Positions 1 to 9,900 of a stretch of DNA of 64,000 bases are shown here, one piece after another. Every line of letters starts with the position of its first letter. Positions within the stretch are counted from its first letter, which is position 1. A program made the translations under genes and the position numbers. Below the pieces are notes generated by a model. The model made no database searches. It saw only the letters and a list, made by a program, of their open reading frames with translations, and was not told the DNA's origin. This stretch comes from an uncultured cyanobacterium (GTDB taxonomy: Bacteria; Cyanobacteriota; Cyanobacteriia; Cyanobacteriales; CAWUOF01): NCBI GenBank assembly GCA_963744145.1, contig CAVUSO010000001.1, positions 5,088,001 to 5,152,000 of the forward strand, written 5' to 3'.

Positions 1-2
1 AC

Positions 3-1082
3 TACCGCAAAGGTCTAAACCTCTCTCAAGAGGAACTTGCATCCCTAGCGGGGGTAACTCGCCAGAGCATCCACAACTACGAGAATGGCAAAACCATACC
101 CGATAGCAAAACCCTTTCGGCTCTTGCCCGTGCTTTGGGTGTTAAGCTAGATGATCTGCTACGGAAAGAAAGCACCTTGGCGTTACCAAACTTCCGGTTT
201 CGCGCCCATACCACCTTCGACAAAAACCCCCAATTTGCAGCCCAAGTGCTGCGATTGTTAGAAGACTACATCGCACTAGAACAGGCAGTCGGCATTCCCA
301 CATACACCCCAGAAAGCACCCCTTGTCACCAACTAGAAGGTAACGAAAAGCGAATTGCCGAAATTGCCACCCAGTTTCGCCACCGTTTGGGATTGGGAGA
401 TGGCCCCATTCTGAATTTGTTTGAAGCTGTGGAAGAGACTGGTTTAAAAGCACTACGCCAGGATCTCCCAATTTCAGGGTTTTTTGGGCTGAGTGCCTGT
501 AGTCTGGCTCAGGGAGCTTTCGTTTTAGTCAACAGCCATAACATCACCATCGAACGGCAGTTATTTACCCTGGCTCATGAAATTGGACACTTAATATTCC
601 ATCGAGACGAGTATCAAGACAACTTGATAAAAGAAGGAACCAAAGAAGAAGAAAAAGCACGGGAAGCCGTTGCTAACCACTTTGCCAGTCATTTGCTAGT
701 GTCTCAAGAGGCTCTAGAGCGAGCCTTAAATGTGTTCAGTAACGTAATTGAATTAAAAGCTCACTTCCGCGTCAGCTACACCATAATATTGATGCGACTA
801 GAGCAAATGGGAAAGTTAAAGTATAGCGATGCCATTCAGAAAATACGTGGAGAATACAAGCGACAAACTGGAGAATCCCTTCCTAAAGAAAAAGAGATTG
901 AGCCAACCTTAAGTTCTGAAGATTTTCCAGCCAACCAACGCTTTACTAAATTAGTTTGGCAAGCGCTTTGGGAGGGAAAAGTTTCAGAATTAAAAGCCGC
1001 AGAGTTACTTAATTTATCTGTTGATTCCTTGCGGCAGTCTCGTAAAGAAGCCAGGGTGTATGCTATCGATGCCATCTTCTGA
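3..1082 (+). CDS. XRE-HTH + ImmA/IrrE (DUF955) zinc metallopeptidase, 5' end outside window
   Basis: Frame 3 is open from the window start (YRKGLNLSQEELASLAGVTRQSIHNYENGK, an XRE HTH) and continues into the tracked ORF with the HExxH motif FTLAHEIGH. Confidence 0.9.
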   Translation, partial: YRKGLNLSQEELASLAGVTRQSIHNYENGKTIPDSKTLSALARALGVKLDDLLRKESTLALPNFRFRAHTTFDKNPQFAAQVLRLLEDYIALEQAVGIPTYTPESTPCHQLEGNEKRIAEIATQFRHRLGLGDGPILNLFEAVEETGLKALRQDLPISGFFGLSACSLAQGAFVLVNSHNITIERQLFTLAHEIGHLIFHRDEYQDNLIKEGTKEEEKAREAVANHFASHLLVSQEALERALNVFSNVIELKAHFRVSYTIILMRLEQMGKLKYSDAIQKIRGEYKRQTGESLPKEKEIEPTLSSEDFPANQRFTKLVWQALWEGKVSELKAAELLNLSVDSLRQSRKEARVYAIDAIF

Positions 1083-1575
1083 AGGGCTGATTCTGGATGC
1101 TACAGCCCTGATTGACTTTTGCTGGTTGAATGAATGGGAATGGCTACAACAGCAGTACAGCCCTCTGTATATTGCCCAGGAAGTTTTGGACTCGGATCGG
1201 CTAGAAGTAGCAACAAAGGAAGCTGCTATGCACTACCTGGAACCCATTGCCCTCAATACTGAAGAGATGTTTTTGAGTTTCATGGAGTTTCGGATTAAAG
1301 CACCGCTACTCAGTGAAGCCGATCGCTCTACTTTAGCTTTAGCTCGTCACCGCTTCTTATTGTGCGTCAGTGATGACAGACGGATGATTGAGGTTTGTGA
1401 AGAGTACGGCATAGCTTATATTCGGATGCTGCGATTATTGAGCCAAATGGTACAGACCGGACATAGGACAGTTGAAGAGGTCATAGAGATGGCCGATACC
1501 TTAGTCAACGAGCGAGGGAAATGGATTGCACAAACAATTTTGTCAAGCTGGAAGCGCTCATTACTTAACTTCTAA
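1069..1575 (+). CDS. PIN-domain protein (DUF3368-like), probable toxin partner of the upstream ImmA-like gene
   Basis: PIN motifs ILDATALID, SEADRSTLALA and VSDDRR; ATG at 1060 or 1069 overlaps the upstream stop. Confidence 0.8.
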   Translation: MPSSEGLILDATALIDFCWLNEWEWLQQQYSPLYIAQEVLDSDRLEVATKEAAMHYLEPIALNTEEMFLSFMEFRIKAPLLSEADRSTLALARHRFLLCVSDDRRMIEVCEEYGIAYIRMLRLLSQMVQTGHRTVEEVIEMADTLVNERGKWIAQTILSSWKRSLLNF

Positions 1576-1812
1576 ATATGCAAATTTTTCTAAATGGATT
1601 CAAAGTGAGCAATTGAAGGACTCTTGGTTTTTGCATTGGCAGGATGGAAAAGTCTATGGTTTACCCAAGAAATCAGAACCTCCTCAACCATTTGGTGAAG
1701 CCGTAGAGTTGGACTTGGGTGATGACTAATGTCGGTGTGGATGAAAGAACTCATCCCAATTTTCCATAGAATTCAGAAAAACCTAACCCCCCAACCCCCT
1801 TCCCTAGGAGGG

Positions 1813-3302
1813 CTACGGTGTACACACAAGTTGAGATAGAGTAAGGAGAGAAGGGAAGTAAGGAGAAAAAAGTAGTGGAAAATCCAATTTTAATTCATGT
1901 GCAACAATGTGAGAGAACAGCATTCGGAGATCCAAGACTGGGAAAAAGAGGGGCTTCATTGTATGCAGCAATGGCACAACATCAATCAGTAAATATTCGG
2001 AAAATCAGTAAAAATCGAGCCGAGCAAGTTGGATATTACCGATTTTTAGGGAATGAGAATGTAAAAACTGGAGAATTAGTCGTAAGTTTAGGAGAGCATT
2101 GCGCCTTACAGGTAGATGGAAAACACCACGTCTTAGCGATAAGTGATAGTAGTGAAATTAACTTAGAGTCTCACAAAGGGAGATTGAAATCCGAGGGAAT
2201 TGGAGTAGTAGGAAACAATCAAGATATCGGATTTTATATTCATCCCACACTGGTATTAGATGCAGAAAATGGATTCCCACTTGGATTAAGTACAGTGCAA
2301 TTGTGGACAAGAGAACCTGACCATCAGGATCAGCATGAAAGAAAATATAAAAACTTACCGATTGAAGAAAAAGAATCCTATAAATGGCTCAAGTCAGCCG
2401 CTCAAACCCGCACCTGTTTCAGCTGGTCTAATATGAAAATGGTGACTCATATAGGCGATCGGGAAAGCGATATATTTGAAGAATTTGTCAGAGTACCTAA
2501 TCAACAGCATCATCTCTTAATTAGAGTCGGACAGAACCGTCGGCTCAAAGAGCAGTCTGAGTCTCTGTATACCTATTTAAGTCAGCAACATTGTGAAGGA
2601 ACTTATGCCATTGAAGTCCAGGCTGACTCACGGGTTGGACGAACAGCGAGAGAAGCATTCATGTTAGTACGTTGTGCCCTCGTTCAAATTCAGCGTCCTG
2701 AGCATTTATCTGCCGCAGATTATCCAGAAAGTGTCAATCTTTACGCAGTGGAAGCTGTAGAAGTCAATCCACCAAAAGGTCAACAACCGATTCACTGGCG
2801 ATTACTCACTACACATAGAGTAGTTTGTATTGAACAAGCATTACAAGTAATTGAATGGTACAAATGGCGCTGGCGGATTGAACAACTGTTTGCTACCCTC
2901 AAATCCGTTGGCTTAGATCTCGAAGCAACTCAATTAGAGTCAATTAAATCTATTCAAAAATTGTGTGTTTTAGCTTTATCGGTAGCTGTCAGAATTTTGC
3001 AGTTAATTGTCGGGCGTGACCAGCCTGAATTACCTGCAACCTACGCATTCAATGATGAACAACAGCAATGTTTATCCCAGATTGCTCCCACTGTTTCCGG
3101 ACCAACTTTAGCACAACAAAATCCTTATCCACCTCATTCTTTACCTTGGGCAACTTGGATTATTGCTCGACTGGGTGGTTGGTCTGGCTATCGGTCTCAA
3201 AAACCGCCAGGAATTACTACTTTAGTGCGCGGACTAAGCCAATTTCAATCCTTTTTTGATGGCTGGAAACTCGCTCTAGGTATGGTTGTGTGTACACCGT
3301 AG
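1813..3302 (+). mobile_element. IS4-family (IS50/Tn5-like) insertion sequence
   Basis: 17-bp terminal IRs CTACGGTGTACACACAA (1813-1829) and TTGTGTGTACACCGTAG (3286-3302); direct repeat CCCTAGGAGGG at 1802-1812 and 3303-3313. Confidence 0.92.
1875..3302 (+). CDS. IS4-family (Tn5-like) DDE transposase
   Basis: FGDPRL N-terminus, EKESYKW, GDRESDI, YKWRWRIEQLFATLK (YREK motif), IARLGGW. Confidence 0.95.
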   Translation: MENPILIHVQQCERTAFGDPRLGKRGASLYAAMAQHQSVNIRKISKNRAEQVGYYRFLGNENVKTGELVVSLGEHCALQVDGKHHVLAISDSSEINLESHKGRLKSEGIGVVGNNQDIGFYIHPTLVLDAENGFPLGLSTVQLWTREPDHQDQHERKYKNLPIEEKESYKWLKSAAQTRTCFSWSNMKMVTHIGDRESDIFEEFVRVPNQQHHLLIRVGQNRRLKEQSESLYTYLSQQHCEGTYAIEVQADSRVGRTAREAFMLVRCALVQIQRPEHLSAADYPESVNLYAVEAVEVNPPKGQQPIHWRLLTTHRVVCIEQALQVIEWYKWRWRIEQLFATLKSVGLDLEATQLESIKSIQKLCVLALSVAVRILQLIVGRDQPELPATYAFNDEQQQCLSQIAPTVSGPTLAQQNPYPPHSLPWATWIIARLGGWSGYRSQKPPGITTLVRGLSQFQSFFDGWKLALGMVVCTP

Positions 3303-3356
3303 CCCTAGGAGGGAAGGGGGAGAAATAGCTCACTAATTTTACTTGGGTTTCTGCTG

Positions 3357-3495
3357 ATAATTCTGACTCCCCTTTCCTCTTAGGAGAGGGGTTGGGGGAG
3401 AGGTCTATTGCTGCGATCGCTCCCATTTCTCCTCATAATTCTGACTCCCCTTTCCTCTTAGGAGAGGGGTTGGGGGAGAGGTCTATTGCTGCGAT
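3357..3495. repeat. Two direct copies of a ~61-bp REP-like G/C-rich element
   Basis: ATAATTCTGACTCCCCTTTCCTCTTAGGAGAGGGGTTGGGGGAGAGGTCTATTGCTGCGAT at 3357-3417 and 3435-3495. Confidence 0.85.
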
Positions 3496-3610
3496 TACTT
3501 CTATAATACTCTCATGCTTAAGCTTTACATAAAATTGAGATTAGGAAAACGCCCTTTCCTTAAATAAACCATAATTGCGTTCAATGTTTCTCTGAGCAGA
3601 CAGCGCAATT

Positions 3611-4606
3611 ATGTCAAAAAAATTTCCCACCAATAGCGATCGAGATGTTTTATCAACATCCCTGGTTGAAGAGTTTCTGAGTTTAGCCAATTTTCAGCGA
3701 GCCTGGGAAAAGGTAGCTTTCAATAAAGGTAGTGCTGGGATTGATGAAGAAACGATCGATAAATTTAAGCAGAATTTAAAAGCAAATCTTTCTCAATTGA
3801 GAGAATCTGTTGCTAATAGTACCTATCAAGCACTTCCCTGTAAACAAGTTTTAATCCCTAAAAATCAAGACAGTTGGCGAGAATTAAGAATTCCGGCTGT
3901 TAGAGATAGAATTGTTCAGCAAGCTTTATTAAATGTTCTTGCTCCAGTCTGGGAAAATAAGTTTTCTAAGTCTAGTTTTGCTTATCGTCCAGATTTATCT
4001 TACTTAGATGCTGTTGAAGAAGTCGCTCGCTGTCGAGATTTAGGTTATGTATGGGTACTGGATGCAGACATCACTCAATATTTTAATAATATTGACCACC
4101 AAAGGTTATTGAGAGAAGTTAGAAAGCACATCGATAATCCAGGGATTCTCTGTCTGATTAAATCTTGGATTTCTACTGAAATCGCCACAGAACAGGGAGT
4201 GATTAGAAATGAAAAAGGAATTCCTCAAGGTGCTGTGATTTCGCCTTTATTAGCTAATATTTACTTGGATGAGTTTGACCATTTTTTCTCTGATTCTGAG
4301 TTGCAGTTAATCCGTTATGCTGATGATTTTTTGGTATTAGCTTACTCCCGAGAGCAAATTGTTCAAGCTTATTCAGAAGTAAACCGATTACTCAAATCAA
4401 TGGGATTAGAGCTACATTCTGAGAAAACTCAGATTACCAGTTTTGAGCGGGGATTTCGATTTTTAGGTCATGGTTTTTTAGAAAATGCTATTTTTCCTTT
4501 GGAGTCTGCTAAAACTCAGCAGAAGTTAGTATCAGGAGAAAGTAATGGTAAAAAAAAAGTCTCCTGCTCGAAACAGAAAAGGAAACGGAAGCGGCATCTG
4601 CGTTAA
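3611..4606 (+). CDS. CRISPR-associated reverse transcriptase (N-terminal part of a split RT-Cas1)
   Basis: Group II intron-like RT motifs KGSAGID, IPAVRDRIVQQA, GIPQGAVISPLLANIYLD, RYADD and FLG; no maturase or HNH tail; lies directly upstream of cas1-cas2. Confidence 0.93.
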   Translation: MSKKFPTNSDRDVLSTSLVEEFLSLANFQRAWEKVAFNKGSAGIDEETIDKFKQNLKANLSQLRESVANSTYQALPCKQVLIPKNQDSWRELRIPAVRDRIVQQALLNVLAPVWENKFSKSSFAYRPDLSYLDAVEEVARCRDLGYVWVLDADITQYFNNIDHQRLLREVRKHIDNPGILCLIKSWISTEIATEQGVIRNEKGIPQGAVISPLLANIYLDEFDHFFSDSELQLIRYADDFLVLAYSREQIVQAYSEVNRLLKSMGLELHSEKTQITSFERGFRFLGHGFLENAIFPLESAKTQQKLVSGESNGKKKVSCSKQKRKRKRHLR

Positions 4607-4638
4607 GTCTTTCTCCGGTAGCTTCTACCCCTTTAGAG

Positions 4639-5697
4639 GTGGTTAAATCTGAGGGTTTTGAGGATGCTTCTAAAAATATTTGGAACAAGAACATGGCTAC
4701 TATTTATTTAATTGAACAAGGAACGGCGGTTTATAAAGAAAATTTGCGGTTTGTGATTTGGGTTTCTGATGAAGAAAGAAAAGAAATTCCCATTCGAGAA
4801 GTGGAAAGAATTCTGGTGTTTGGTAATATCCAAGTTTCAACTCAAGCGATAAATGCTTGTCTGGAAGAGAAAATCATCATTCTATTTTTAAACCGGTCCG
4901 GGCACTATAAAGGTCATCTTTGGAATTGGGAACATACCCATTTAGCTAATGAATTATTGCAAATTCAAAAATGGCAAAATATGCCGTTTCAATTACAAGT
5001 TTCTCAAGCAATTGTTCGCGGAAAGTTACTGAACTCGAAGCAATTATTGTTAAGGTTAAACCGGAAACGGAAAGTAGCAGAAGTTGCCCGGGCGATCGCG
5101 GGTATTAGTTCTGATATTAACACTCTGACGACAGTTGATAATCTTGATAGTTTACGGGGTTATGAAGGTATTGGTGCCGCCCGATATTTTCCAGCATTTG
5201 GTAAATTAATTACTAATTCTGGGTTTAAATTTTCTCTACGAAACCGTCAACCTCCCACCGATCCTGTTAATTCTTTATTAAGTTTTGGCTACACCCTTTT
5301 ATTTAATAATGTTTTGAGTTTAATCGTAGCTGAGGGTCTGTCTCCTTATTTTGGTAATTTCCACTATGGAGAAGATAAAAAACCCTATCTGGCTTTTGAC
5401 CTGATGGAAGAGTTTCGATCGCCGATTGTTGATGGTCTGGTGATCAAATTAATCAATAGCTCGGTTTTCAAGCCTACTGACTTTGAATTTGTTGCTAGCA
5501 CACAAGGAGTTTATTTAAGACATTCTGCTAGACGAGGGTTTCTCGAACAGTTTGAAAAACGTATGAATGAAGAAGTTTCTCATCCTGATTTACAATCGCA
5601 AGTTTCTTATCGAGAGGCTATTCAATTGCAGGTTCGACGCTACAAACGTAGTCTGTTACATGGGCTTGACTATGAACCTTTTTTGAGAACGATATAA
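4639..5697 (+). CDS. cas1: CRISPR-associated integrase Cas1 (conserved domain starts at ATG 4693; frame open from 4552)
   Basis: GYEGIGAARYF, DPVNSLLSFGY, GNFH and LAFDLMEEFR motifs. Confidence 0.96.
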   Translation: MVKSEGFEDASKNIWNKNMATIYLIEQGTAVYKENLRFVIWVSDEERKEIPIREVERILVFGNIQVSTQAINACLEEKIIILFLNRSGHYKGHLWNWEHTHLANELLQIQKWQNMPFQLQVSQAIVRGKLLNSKQLLLRLNRKRKVAEVARAIAGISSDINTLTTVDNLDSLRGYEGIGAARYFPAFGKLITNSGFKFSLRNRQPPTDPVNSLLSFGYTLLFNNVLSLIVAEGLSPYFGNFHYGEDKKPYLAFDLMEEFRSPIVDGLVIKLINSSVFKPTDFEFVASTQGVYLRHSARRGFLEQFEKRMNEEVSHPDLQSQVSYREAIQLQVRRYKRSLLHGLDYEPFLRTI

Positions 5698-5713
5698 AGC
5701 TGCGGTTTAACTC

Positions 5714-5986
5714 ATGGTGGTTGTAGTGTACGACATTCCCGATGATAAAAGACGCACCAAGTTGTCTAATTTTCTAGAGGGCTATGGGACAAGAGTTCAG
5801 TGGTCTGTGTTTGAGTGTTTTATCACCTTAGACGAGATGCGAGTGTTACATGAGAAGGTGAAAAAACTTGTCAAGTCAGCGGAAGATGATGTTCGTTTCT
5901 ACTGGCTCTCTCCTGAAGCTGGGTCAATGGTTTTAACTATTGGTAGCGAAAAGCCTCAACCTCCCCCAAAGTATTATGTAATCTAG
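5714..5986 (+). CDS. cas2: CRISPR-associated Cas2
   Basis: VVYDIPDDKRR, YGTRVQWSVFEC; directly follows cas1. Confidence 0.96.
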   Translation: MVVVVYDIPDDKRRTKLSNFLEGYGTRVQWSVFECFITLDEMRVLHEKVKKLVKSAEDDVRFYWLSPEAGSMVLTIGSEKPQPPPKYYVI

Positions 5987-6280
5987 ATTTTCACTGTAGT
6001 GCTAGTGTGTGGATGACACATGTACACACTAGCGAGGATTGCTGCGGACACTTAAGTCCCAGCAATCCAGAAATTCCTGTAATAGACCTCTTGCAAAAGT
6101 GCGATCGCACCTCAAAAACATCTAAACTGCACAATTGTTCACCCAAATTGAAACTGTGTAGCTTCGACGCGTGTAAACGCTATAATCACTACATAGTAAA
6201 GACTAAACGCGAAAATATTAATCTCAGTAAAAATTACCTTTACCAGTTTCTCTAGAAAATTAGATGTTTTGATATCGAAA

Positions 6281-6442
6281 ATGGGACAAATAGCCATAAG
6301 AGTTGCTGGTTGCTTAATAGTTGCTATTGGGCGATCGCCTATTCTGATATTTGGCCACTTACAACGGGACTTTAAGATTTTTCTGGGGCTGGCGATCGCC
6401 AGCACCGGGATTAGTTCTTTTTGGGACAAACCTATGGGATAA
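6281..6442 (+). CDS. Putative 53-aa small membrane protein (not in ORF track)
   Basis: MGQIAIRVAGCLIVAIGRSPILIFGHLQRDFKIFLGLAIASTGISSFWDKPMG, two hydrophobic stretches, co-oriented with cas2. Confidence 0.4.
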   Translation: MGQIAIRVAGCLIVAIGRSPILIFGHLQRDFKIFLGLAIASTGISSFWDKPMG

Positions 6443-6921
6443 TTAGAAGGTGGACACTAAGTTTTTCCATATCCTGACTCAAAGTTTTCTTAGTGGTTTT
6501 GGTGTGTAGATACGAGAACTTGTTGATCCATATTTTGCTGTCTACTATCTCAAAGTCTTGCTATATAAAGGTTTTCAAAGATTATGGGAGTTTTGCTATA
6601 CTTACCGACACACCTCTGAGCTTGCTTGGCTGCTTTGGTGTGTCGGTACGAGAATTTGTTAATGTCTGTTTTACATTCTACTAGGTCAAAGTCTTGCAGC
6701 ATAAAGCTTTTAAAGAATTACGGGAGTTTTGCTATGCTTGCCGACACACCTCCGCTGATGCTGAAAACGCCTATTTTCTCGTTGAAGTGTGTCGATGCCT
6801 TGTCAGATATAGGTTTCAGACTGCTTATTTTTGATGCTATATTCATCCTGGCTTGTGCTAAAATGAGGTGTGTCGATTTGACGGCTGAAACTCTCTCTGG
6901 GTATAGGCTGCCAGACGAACT
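6443..6921 (+). promoter_or_regulatory. CRISPR leader with internal ~120-bp tandem duplication
   Basis: Non-coding stretch between cas2 and the first repeat; repeated GTGTGTCG and inverted CGACACAC motifs; candidate extended -10 TGcTAAAAT at ~6856-6864. Confidence 0.75.
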
Positions 6922-9900
6922 CCCTACCGATGGGCTTAAATCGGACTAGTTGGAAACCATTCGGACTTCCCAGGACCTAGGTGCCTTGCAATCCATCCCT
7001 ACCGATGGGCTTAAATCGGACTAGTTGGAAACCCTGTGTCGTGACAATCCATACAGTGACCATTCTCCGTGCCCTACCGATGGGCTTAAATCGGACTAGT
7101 TGGAAACGAGAAATTGCTGCACAAATAATTCCCTAGGGAACCCTACCGATGGGCTTAAATCGGACTAGTTGGAAACTTTCCTAAGAAACGTCCGTCGATG
7201 TCAGTTTTTGACTTTCCCTACCGATGGGCTTAAATCGGACTAGTTGGAAACGACCAAATTGGATAAACCTCTCCAATTTGGTAGTACCCTACCGATGGGC
7301 TTAAATCGGACTAGTTGGAAACGCGCATTAAACACTGCCTTTTGGCAGTTTCCGTTTATGGTGCCCTACCGATGGGCTTAAATCGGACTAGTTGGAAACA
7401 ATGTCATATCGTTCCTGGATGGGCATGGGATTTTTGAGCTGCCCTACCGATGGGCTTAAATCGGACTAGTTGGAAACGTTGCCTTTTGGCAGTTCGAATT
7501 GACGGTGACGCCACCGGCCCTACCGATGGGCTTAAATCGGACTAGTTGGAAACAAAGCGACGCCAACACCAACACAAGAAGCAACATTTTTGACCCTACC
7601 GATGGGCTTAAATCGGACTAGTTGGAAACACAACGACAGGATGTCGCCCGGAAGGGCAGCTAACTTGCCCCTACCGATGGGCTTAAATCGGACTAGTTGG
7701 AAACCTGGCGTCAACGCTGTGCGCGCCTTGTTGTTGGTCGCCCTACCGATGGGCTTAAATCGGACTAGTTGGAAACCTAACTCGTCATACAGACCAGCAG
7801 CCCGGAAGGTTGCTAGCCCTACCGATGGGCTTAAATCGGACTAGTTGGAAACGGAATTATTCCGCTTGTCGTAGTTAAAAATTACACCACCCTACCGATG
7901 GGCTTAAATCGGACTAGTTGGAAACGCCCAGAACCAAAGAAAACATTAACAAAGCGGAAACCCTACCGATGGGCTTAAATCGGACTAGTTGGAAACCCGT
8001 GAACATCGGGGCAGACGTAGGTGTCCCCCCCTTTACCCTACCGATGGGCTTAAATCGGACTAGTTGGAAACACAAGCGGGGCGCCCCTGTGAGTCCTTAG
8101 GGCACTCTTCCCCTACCGATGGGCTTAAATCGGACTAGTTGGAAACTTTTTTGATTGAGCGGATAACACCCTGGCGGGTGCTTCCCTACCGATGGGCTTA
8201 AATCGGACTAGTTGGAAACTTTTTTGGGCAGGACCGGTTTACCGTCTGGCCCCAACCCACCCTACCGATGGGCTTAAATCGGACTAGTTGGAAACCGACC
8301 TCCCTTTCGGTCAACCACCACGGGGCCCTACCGATGGGCTTAAATCGGACTAGTTGGAAACTGCTGGTCTTGGGAACAACCGTAGACGGTGTTCCCCCTA
8401 CCGATGGGCTTAAATCGGACTAGTTGGAAACCTGTAGTCTTGAACATAAGCTGGGTGTTGTGCGACCCTACCGATGGGCTTAAATCGGACTAGTTGGAAA
8501 CTTGCAATCGTCGAGGACCTGCTGCTGTCTGACCCTACCGATGGGCTTAAATCGGACTAGTTGGAAACCCCCAAAACCTCGATAGAGGAGGTAAGGTAGG
8601 GTAGTTTTAACCCCCTACCGATGGGCTTAAATCGGACTAGTTGGAAACCGACCGTCACGCTCCTCAATGATTATGGAGCCCTCCCTACCGATGGGCTTAA
8701 ATCGGACTAGTTGGAAACCAGTCGAGGCTGTGGGGTGCGTTCTTTGCAGCCGTCGAGGCCCTACCGATGGGCTTAAATCGGACTAGTTGGAAACGTCCAA
8801 GTGCCCCCGAGGATATCGCATTGTGCTTTAGTTGCCCTACCGATGGGCTTAAATCGGACTAGTTGGAAACCTTTCGCTTAAGTTGGTGTAGGTAGGGGAA
8901 AACCCTACCGATGGGCTTAAATCGGACTAGTTGGAAACTATATACGATGAGGTGAGGACCATCTCCGCTATTGACCCTACCGATGGGCTTAAATCGGACT
9001 AGTTGGAAACTTTCCGTCAGACGAGCATTCCGTTTCCGCTACCTTCCCTACCGATGGGCTTAAATCGGACTAGTTGGAAACCTGTCGGCAGCGTTGAAAT
9101 TGAAGTATCCAACACACCCCTACCGATGGGCTTAAATCGGACTAGTTGGAAACGTATTGTTGCTAAGGAGCAACTTATAACGTACCCCGCCCTACCGATG
9201 GGCTTAAATCGGACTAGTTGGAAACTCTTCTGGTCAACCACAACAGGGTGTTGCCCTGTTGGACAACCCTACCGATGGGCTTAAATCGGACTAGTTGGAA
9301 ACTATATTAGCTACAAAAAGACTTGCAGCCGAAAAAGCAGAACCCTACCGATGGGCTTAAATCGGACTAGTTGGAAACGACATCGTGTGCGCCCGACTGT
9401 TGGTCGGGGTTACACCCCTACCGATGGGCTTAAATCGGACTAGTTGGAAACACCGTTATGGTGGTGTGGATGTGCTGGTCTGGCAACTGGCCCTACCGAT
9501 GGGCTTAAATCGGACTAGTTGGAAACTGGCAGGTTGGCCCGCCATCGATGCTGTGTACCGCCCTACCGATGGGCTTAAATCGGACTAGTTGGAAACGACA
9601 TCGAACCTTATGATGCCCAGCGGGGCGATGGCAGCCCTACCGATGGGCTTAAATCGGACTAGTTGGAAACTTACAGGCTAGATCAAGTGTCGCGGGTGCT
9701 TAGGACCCTACCGATGGGCTTAAATCGGACTAGTTGGAAACTTTTTAGCAGACATATTTTTTCGTCCTTAGATAAAAGCCCTACCGATGGGCTTAAATCG
9801 GACTAGTTGGAAACGCTCGGTGCACCATGCTTCTGTCACATCTTGGGCCGTGCCCTACCGATGGGCTTAAATCGGACTAGTTGGAAACTTTTACGTATCT

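Noticed and set aside
3611..4606. RT as a group II intron, retron or DGR enzyme
   Set aside because: No maturase/HNH tail, intron domain V, msr-msd or TR/VR pair was seen; it abuts cas1-cas2. The ATPase/HNH pair is ~45 kb away.
7033..7071. CxxCH heme motif (CMDCH) in the reverse complement of spacer 2
   Set aside because: Single short occurrence, and another frame is also open; insufficient evidence.
7630..7816. Spacers 10 and 12 share GCCCGGAAGG
   Set aside because: No convincing peptide homology beyond the 10-mer; probably chance.
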